DNA of 64,000 bases from a virus, in IMG/VR virus record IMGVR_UViG_3300025128_006599, positions 1 through 64,000 of that record. The stretch is one strand, 5' to 3'. Shown here piece by piece: positions 58,361-64,000 of this stretch. Position numbers and translations under genes: made by a program. Under the pieces are notes generated by a model that worked only from the letters and a program-made list of their open reading frames with translations, did not search any database and was not told the DNA's origin. Positions within the stretch are counted from its first letter, which is position 1, and the number at the start of each line of letters is the position of its first letter.

Positions 58361-58738
58361 ATGAAGAATTTAATTAAAATATTATTATTCACGGGAATAG
58401 TTTTTTCACAAGAAAAGACGTATACTTTTACTGAATCTGAAATTTTGGGTTTTACCAAACAGATTACTGATTTACAGGTAAAAGATAGTTTAAACACTAA
58501 AACTATTAAAGACTTGGAATCGATTATCAAATTGTTGGAACAAAATGCACAAACAGATTCACTAATAATTACGAATAAAGACCTTTCGATTGAAGTATTG
58601 AAAGAACGTTCAGAAATATTAGAAAAAAAGGTAAAACTTGTGAAACCGAGTTGGTATGAGAATAAATGGTTATATTTCACTTATGGAGTGATTATGACCG
58701 CGACTTCTGTAAAGCTTGCTGGTGAGATAGTACAATAA
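58361..58738 (+). CDS. secreted coiled-coil protein with C-terminal hydrophobic segment (spanin-like partner)
   Basis: Signal peptide MKNLIKILLFTGIVFS|Q; WYENKWLYFTYGVIMTA tail. Confidence 0.45.
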   Translation: MKNLIKILLFTGIVFSQEKTYTFTESEILGFTKQITDLQVKDSLNTKTIKDLESIIKLLEQNAQTDSLIITNKDLSIEVLKERSEILEKKVKLVKPSWYENKWLYFTYGVIMTATSVKLAGEIVQ

Positions 58739-60315
58739 TGTCTACTAATCCAACACCACTAAAAGAAGTAATCAAAACTGAATATGTGAAGTGTGCAAAA
58801 GATCCTGCATATTTTATGAAAAAGTATTGTATGATTCAACATCCAATTAAAGGTAAAATACCATTTAGTCTATATGATTTCCAAGAATCTACTGTAAATG
58901 AATTTCAAGATAATCGTTTTAATATAATATTAAAGGCAAGACAACTTGGTATATCGACTGTTACTGCTGGATATAGTTTGTGGATGATGACATTCTATCA
59001 AGATAAAAATGTTCTTGTGATTGCCACAAAACAAGATGTTGCAAAGAATTTAGTAACAAAAATTCGTGTGATGCATGCAAACTTACCGAGTTGGTTGAAA
59101 CAAAAATGTGTTGAGGATAATAAGTTGAATCTTCGGTATGTTAATGGTTCTCAAGTTAAGGCAGTATCATCAGGACCAGAAGCAGCTCGTTCAGAAGCTC
59201 TATCATTGTTGATATTGGATGAGGCAGCATTTATTGATAAGATTGATGATATATGGACTGCAGCTCAACAAACATTAACGACTGGTGGTAGTTGTATTGC
59301 ACTTTCTACACCAAATGGTGTTGGTAATTGGTTTCACAAAACTTGGGTAGAGGCCGAAGAAGGACGAGGATTATTTAACTTTATCAAACTTCATTGGACG
59401 GTTCATCCTGAAAGAGACCAAACTTGGAGAGACGAACAAGATAACTTATTGGGTATGCAGAGTGCAGCACAAGAATGTGATTGTGACTTTATCACTTCTG
59501 GTACTTCAGTTATTGATGCACAAATTTTAGAAGAATGTAAAACCAAAACGGTTAAGGATCCTGTAGAAAAACGAGGAGTGGATAGTAACTTGTGGATTTG
59601 GAAACCACCAAACTATACTAAAAATTATGTGGTATGTGCTGATGTTGGACGTGGTGACTCAGCAGACTATTCTGCATTCCATGTAATTGATGTAGAGAAT
59701 GTAGAACAAGTTGCAGAATATAAAGGTAGAATACCTACAAAAGATTTTGGTAATATGTTAGTGAGTATTTCAACAGAATATAATGATGCCTTACTAATTA
59801 TAGAAAACAATAATATTGGTTGGGCAACGATACAACAAGTAATAGATAGGGAATATCCTAATCTATTTTATACAAGTAAAGATTTACAATATGTCGATAT
59901 TGCTCATCAGATGACAAATCGATATAGAAGTAGTGATAAAAGTATGGTGGCTGGATTCAGTACAACGATGAAAACCAGGCCATTAATTATTGCTAAACTT
60001 GAAGAATATTTTAGAGATGAATCTGTAGTGGTTCGTTCAAATAGATTGGTGGACGAATTATTCACATTCATTTATTTAAATAATAGAGCAGAAGCGATGA
60101 GGGGATACAATGATGACCTCGTGATGTCTTTTGCAATTGGACTTTGGGTTCGTGATACTGCATTAAGATTACGAACTGAGGGAATTGAATTAACAAAAAA
60201 GACTCTTGATAGGATGATGGATGTTGATGGTGTTTATAAACCTGAAGAAAATAAATCTGATTATTGGGATATGGAAGTTAACAAAGAAAGAGAGTCCTTA
60301 GAGTGGCTCTTATAA
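58738..60315 (+). CDS. terL: terminase large subunit (T4 gp17-like)
   Basis: LYDFQ, ILKARQLGIST, LILDEAAF, LSTPNG, CADVGRG..DYS, NDDLVMS. Confidence 0.95.
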   Translation: MSTNPTPLKEVIKTEYVKCAKDPAYFMKKYCMIQHPIKGKIPFSLYDFQESTVNEFQDNRFNIILKARQLGISTVTAGYSLWMMTFYQDKNVLVIATKQDVAKNLVTKIRVMHANLPSWLKQKCVEDNKLNLRYVNGSQVKAVSSGPEAARSEALSLLILDEAAFIDKIDDIWTAAQQTLTTGGSCIALSTPNGVGNWFHKTWVEAEEGRGLFNFIKLHWTVHPERDQTWRDEQDNLLGMQSAAQECDCDFITSGTSVIDAQILEECKTKTVKDPVEKRGVDSNLWIWKPPNYTKNYVVCADVGRGDSADYSAFHVIDVENVEQVAEYKGRIPTKDFGNMLVSISTEYNDALLIIENNNIGWATIQQVIDREYPNLFYTSKDLQYVDIAHQMTNRYRSSDKSMVAGFSTTMKTRPLIIAKLEEYFRDESVVVRSNRLVDELFTFIYLNNRAEAMRGYNDDLVMSFAIGLWVRDTALRLRTEGIELTKKTLDRMMDVDGVYKPEENKSDYWDMEVNKERESLEWLL

Positions 60316-60327
60316 GTGAGGTAAAAA

Positions 60328-62145
60328 ATGGCTGATAAAACATTATTTGGTCGGTTAAGTCGATTGTTTAGTACTAACGTTATAGTTAGAAACGTTGGTG
60401 GTAAAAAATTAAAAATTGCTGATACAGATAAATTACAACATGGTGTGAGAAGTCACCTTGTGGATAGATATTCAAAAATGCATAGTGGATTGGACTTAAT
60501 AAGTTCAGGATATTCTACTGTACATCAAGTTATGGCTGCAAGACTTGGGTTATTTAAGGATTACGAAACAATGGATTCTGATTCTATTATATCAAGTGCT
60601 CTTGACATTTATTCAGATGAATCTACTATGAAAAATCCATACGGACAAGTTTTGGAAATTCAAAGTGATAATGATAACATCAAATCAATATTACATAATT
60701 TATTTTATGATATTATGAATATTGAATTCAATCTCTGGCCTTGGGTAAGGAATTTAACTAAGTATGGTGATTTCTTTTTACATTTAGATATAAGTGATAA
60801 GTATGGAGTTACAAACGTCATACCTCTTTCTCCATACGAAGTCATTCGAGCTGAGGGAGAAGATCCTGAAAATCCATACTATACTAAATTTTATTTAGAA
60901 ACGATGGAATCAACACATCCATATTTACATAAGGCTCAATCTGGTGTAGGTAAAGTTGAGTTTGAAAACTTTCAAATTGCACATTTTAGATTATCGAGTG
61001 ACAGTAATCTTTTACCTTATGGTAAATCAATGTTAGAGGGAGCTAGAAAAGTTTGGAAACAAGTTACATTGATGGAAGACGCTATGTTAATACATCGTGT
61101 AATGAGAGCACCAGAAAAGAGAGTGTTTAAAGTTGATATTGGAAACATACCACCAAACGAAGTTGATAATTACATGCAAAGAATCATCAACAAGATGAAG
61201 AAGACACCATTCATTGATGATAAAACAGGTGACTATAACTTGAAGTTCAACATACAGAACTTAACAGAAGATTTCTTTATGCCAGTTCGAGGTGGAGATA
61301 GTGGAACGTCAGTTGAGTCATTACCAGGAATGCAATATGAAACTACAGATGACTTAGAGTATTTGAAAAATAGATTGTTGGCAGCACTTCGTGTCCCAAA
61401 GGCATTTCTTGGATATGAAGAAAGTCTTGGTAGTAAAGCAACATTGGCAGCTGAAGATGTTAGATTCGCTCGTACCATTGAAAGAATACAGAGAATTATA
61501 ACAAGTGAATTAACAAAGATTGCAGTTGTTCATTTATATTCACAAGGATTTACTGATGAAGAGTTGGTCAATTTTGAATTAAATCTAACTAACCCATCTA
61601 CAATCTATGAACAAGAGAAGATTGAATTGTGGAGTAATAAGGTTAATTTAGCTCGTGATGTAAAAGATAATACTTTAATGTCTGCAGATTGGATTTATAA
61701 AAATGTTTTTAATTTTACAAACGACCAAGTTAAAGATATTGAAGATGGAATTATAAAAGACCAAAAACAAAAGTTTAGATATTCTCAGATTGAACAAGAG
61801 GGTAATGATCCTGTTAAGAGTGGGGATGTAGTTGGTACACCAAGTGATTTGGCAGCAATTGGTACTTCTGGTGACGAGGGGGCTCCTGATTCACCAGATG
61901 CAGTTGGTTCTGTATTCGACCAAGAGAATATGGGAAGACCTGAAGAAGTACCAAGTTATTCCAAAGATGGAAGTGCTAGAGGTAGAGATCCTTTAGGTAA
62001 GGTTAAACCACAACTAGCATTGTCTCACTATGATTCTTTGAAACAATCAGGATTAAAGTCTAATTCTGTCAAAGAGATACTTAAAGAAACAAATGAATCA
62101 GAAGAAATATCAAATGAATATGATGAATTTGTTAAAAAAGATTAA
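60328..62145 (+). CDS. portal vertex protein (T4 gp20-like)
   Basis: LMEDAMLIHRVMRAPEKRVFKVDIGNIP, EDFFMPVRGG, ALRVPKAFL. Confidence 0.95.
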   Translation: MADKTLFGRLSRLFSTNVIVRNVGGKKLKIADTDKLQHGVRSHLVDRYSKMHSGLDLISSGYSTVHQVMAARLGLFKDYETMDSDSIISSALDIYSDESTMKNPYGQVLEIQSDNDNIKSILHNLFYDIMNIEFNLWPWVRNLTKYGDFFLHLDISDKYGVTNVIPLSPYEVIRAEGEDPENPYYTKFYLETMESTHPYLHKAQSGVGKVEFENFQIAHFRLSSDSNLLPYGKSMLEGARKVWKQVTLMEDAMLIHRVMRAPEKRVFKVDIGNIPPNEVDNYMQRIINKMKKTPFIDDKTGDYNLKFNIQNLTEDFFMPVRGGDSGTSVESLPGMQYETTDDLEYLKNRLLAALRVPKAFLGYEESLGSKATLAAEDVRFARTIERIQRIITSELTKIAVVHLYSQGFTDEELVNFELNLTNPSTIYEQEKIELWSNKVNLARDVKDNTLMSADWIYKNVFNFTNDQVKDIEDGIIKDQKQKFRYSQIEQEGNDPVKSGDVVGTPSDLAAIGTSGDEGAPDSPDAVGSVFDQENMGRPEEVPSYSKDGSARGRDPLGKVKPQLALSHYDSLKQSGLKSNSVKEILKETNESEEISNEYDEFVKKD

Positions 62146-62176
62146 CATAATAAATGTATAATTATTTGAAGTTTTT

Positions 62177-62185
62177 ATATTTATA
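62177..62185 (+). promoter_or_regulatory. putative late-promoter motif ATATTTATA
   Basis: About 37 nt upstream of ATG 62222. Confidence 0.5.
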
Positions 62186-62221
62186 TATGTACGAAAAATA
62201 TACAGATTAATGGAGCGATTG

Positions 62222-63100
62222 ATGTCCTATAATAAAAAGCATAACAAAATAAAGAATACGGGTATTCTTTTTGAATTACTTACTCGACAAATCACCGTAG
62301 ATGTGTTGAACAACGAAAAAGATAGTTCTTCTATAAAAATTTTAAAAGAATTTTTCAATGCAAATACAGAATTGGGTAAGGAAAATGAACTTTATAAGAT
62401 TTTAACAGAAAAGAAATATAAAAGTGCTAAACACTCAGAGATATTGATTGAAGCTGTCATTAAAAATCGTAGAAAATTATCAAATCGTAGACTAAGAAAC
62501 GAAAAATATAATTTAATCAAAGAAATTAAACGTAGTTACGATACAAAAGATTTTTTCAATACTAAATTACCAAACTATAAAGTCTTGGCATCAATTTATA
62601 ATATATTTGAAGGTGAATCTGCACGTGAAAGTTACGGGCCAGTAATTGAGACCGATAGTAAAGTAGTTGTAATGGAAAATATCACAAATCAATCGTCAAA
62701 CAAGTCAAAAAATCTATCAGAAAAGTCTTACAAATCGTACGAAACACAAGAGGAAGACATTAGACTTTTGACATATCAACTATTAGTTGATAAATTCAAT
62801 AAAAAATATAGTAATCTAAGTGAATCACAAAGAAATTTGTTAAGAGAATACATTAACAATTTATCAAACACTAATTCTTTGAGAGAATTCATAGATGCTG
62901 AAGTTATTAAAATTAGAAAAGTTTTATCACAACACTTAAATAGAGTGGATGATAAAATAACGAAAATTAAACTGACCGAAGCAATTGCTCATACAGATAA
63001 TGCTACGAGTGGGAAACGTGTAAAAGATTCTCACGTTGTATCTTTAATGAGATATTATGAATTAGTGAAGGAATTAGAAAATGTCCACGAAAATAAGTAA
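62222..63100 (+). CDS. putative prohead core/scaffold-associated protein
   Basis: Helical, lies between portal and prohead protease; KHNKIKNTGILFELL start; GGAG RBS supports ATG 62222. Confidence 0.55.
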   Translation: MSYNKKHNKIKNTGILFELLTRQITVDVLNNEKDSSSIKILKEFFNANTELGKENELYKILTEKKYKSAKHSEILIEAVIKNRRKLSNRRLRNEKYNLIKEIKRSYDTKDFFNTKLPNYKVLASIYNIFEGESARESYGPVIETDSKVVVMENITNQSSNKSKNLSEKSYKSYETQEEDIRLLTYQLLVDKFNKKYSNLSESQRNLLREYINNLSNTNSLREFIDAEVIKIRKVLSQHLNRVDDKITKIKLTEAIAHTDNATSGKRVKDSHVVSLMRYYELVKELENVHENK

Positions 63101-63734
63101 AAAAACATTTAAAGAGTTATTACGAAAACTCATCCAGCGTGAAATAGAGGAAGCATCAACCACTGCTAATGTACCTGGATACGATACACCGAGGGCATTT
63201 GCAGGTAAGGGTACTAAGATGGGTGTACCATTGGATAGAAGAGATTCTATTGCAAGTGGTAGTGGATATGAAAAGATAGATGAGGCAGATGATCACGAAG
63301 GAAAGATGGCAAAGGCTCAGTTAGAAAGAAGTATGGAATATGCTGGGATGATTTACAAAATGATTGGTAATGTTGACACCGATGGTGATGGTGAAGTTAA
63401 TTTTCCATCATGGGTACAATCATATTTGACAAAATCTCAAGATTATTTACAAAGTGTATATAATTACTTAGATGGTAAAGATGGATTAGATGATAAATTT
63501 CAAAAAGAAGAATCAGTAAATGAAGATGCTAAAGACGTAACTAAAGCAAAAAAAATTACACGTGATTTAGAAAAAATTGAAGGTAAATATCGTAAATCTA
63601 TGTATGATTTATCCGATAGATTACAGGCAGATCCTAAAAATCACAAGTTACAAGATGAATTAGTAAGATCATATACAAAGAATGTAACATCTTTCATGAG
63701 AGATATGATTAAAATAACTAAAAGGATGAAATAA
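63081..63734 (+). CDS. modular putative internal head protein
   Basis: Segments bounded by EIEE, KIDE and SVNE; includes DHEGKMAKAQL...PSWVQS module. Confidence 0.55.
   Translation: MSTKISKKTFKELLRKLIQREIEEASTTANVPGYDTPRAFAGKGTKMGVPLDRRDSIASGSGYEKIDEADDHEGKMAKAQLERSMEYAGMIYKMIGNVDTDGDGEVNFPSWVQSYLTKSQDYLQSVYNYLDGKDGLDDKFQKEESVNEDAKDVTKAKKITRDLEKIEGKYRKSMYDLSDRLQADPKNHKLQDELVRSYTKNVTSFMRDMIKITKRMK
63257..63277 (+). repeat. 21-nt direct repeat, copy 2
   Basis: Identical to 53027-53047. Confidence 0.8.
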
Positions 63735-64000
63735 TGAAAGAGCTTATAGTCGATTATATTCCATTTGAAGTATCACCACAACAAATAACCGAGGCCATGA
63801 AAGAAAACAATGGTAAGTTAGTTGTTAAGGGTGTATTACAAAGAGCAGATGCGAAGAATCAAAATGGAAGAGTATATCCAATGGAGATTCTACAAAGAGA
63901 AGCAAAGAATTATGATGAGGGATTCATCAAACAATCCCGTGCTATGGGTGAACTTGACCATCCAGATTCATCAGTTGTGAATTTACAAAATGTATCACAT
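63734..64000 (+). CDS. prohead protease (T4 gp21-like), truncated by the window end; not in ORF track
   Basis: KGVLQRADAKNQNGRVYP...RAMGELDHP...NLQNVSH. Confidence 0.92.
   Translation, partial: MKELIVDYIPFEVSPQQITEAMKENNGKLVVKGVLQRADAKNQNGRVYPMEILQREAKNYDEGFIKQSRAMGELDHPDSSVVNLQNVSH

Noticed and set aside
199-61478. Numerous 60-150 aa minus-strand and nested ORFs in the track
   Set aside because: They are shadows of well-supported + strand genes with no motifs or RBS; only 5376-5555 was retained
1-64000. Alternative genetic code (TAG or TGA recoding), as in some large phages
   Set aside because: Conserved genes are full length in the standard code and all three stop codons terminate coupled genes
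1-64000. CRISPR array, tRNA/rRNA genes, transposase, integrase, reverse transcriptase/DGR
   Set aside because: No regularly spaced repeats, cloverleaf-like segments or relevant protein motifs seen; intergenic gaps are very short. A covariance search was not possible

Overview
AT-rich, densely coding, almost entirely + strand segment of a large T4-like (myovirus/jumbo-type) bacteriophage, probably aquatic and infecting a Gram-negative host. It is read in the standard genetic code. Left to right: a replication/recombination block (Hjc-like resolvase, primase, single-chain Mre11-Rad50); one minus-strand RHH-like regulator; a 2042-aa tail-fibre-like protein and a Gly-rich partner; a ~38 kb island of modification enzymes (Aah/TibC-type protein heptosyltransferase, GT7 enzymes with inserted LamG domains, 2OG-Fe(II) oxygenases, methyl-, acetyl- and sulfotransferases, radical SAMs, HAD-KdsB, NDP-sugar enzymes, split transketolase) that also carries two Hint-domain proteins; then a late block (P-loop kinase, GH108 lysin, a 1237-aa modular protein, large terminase, portal, start of the gp21 prohead protease). 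Best candidates for undescribed biology: (1) capsid-cargo polyproteins whose modules are separated by (I/L/V)xE prohead-protease-type sites and include a ligase-like, an NTase-like and a kinase domain; (2) a virion glycosylation system with a possible [ST]-[GAS]-S target motif; (3) an ATP-grasp-like/Hint/peptidase-S74 protein with two self-cleavage modules. All product calls come from motif recognition by eye; no database searches were run.
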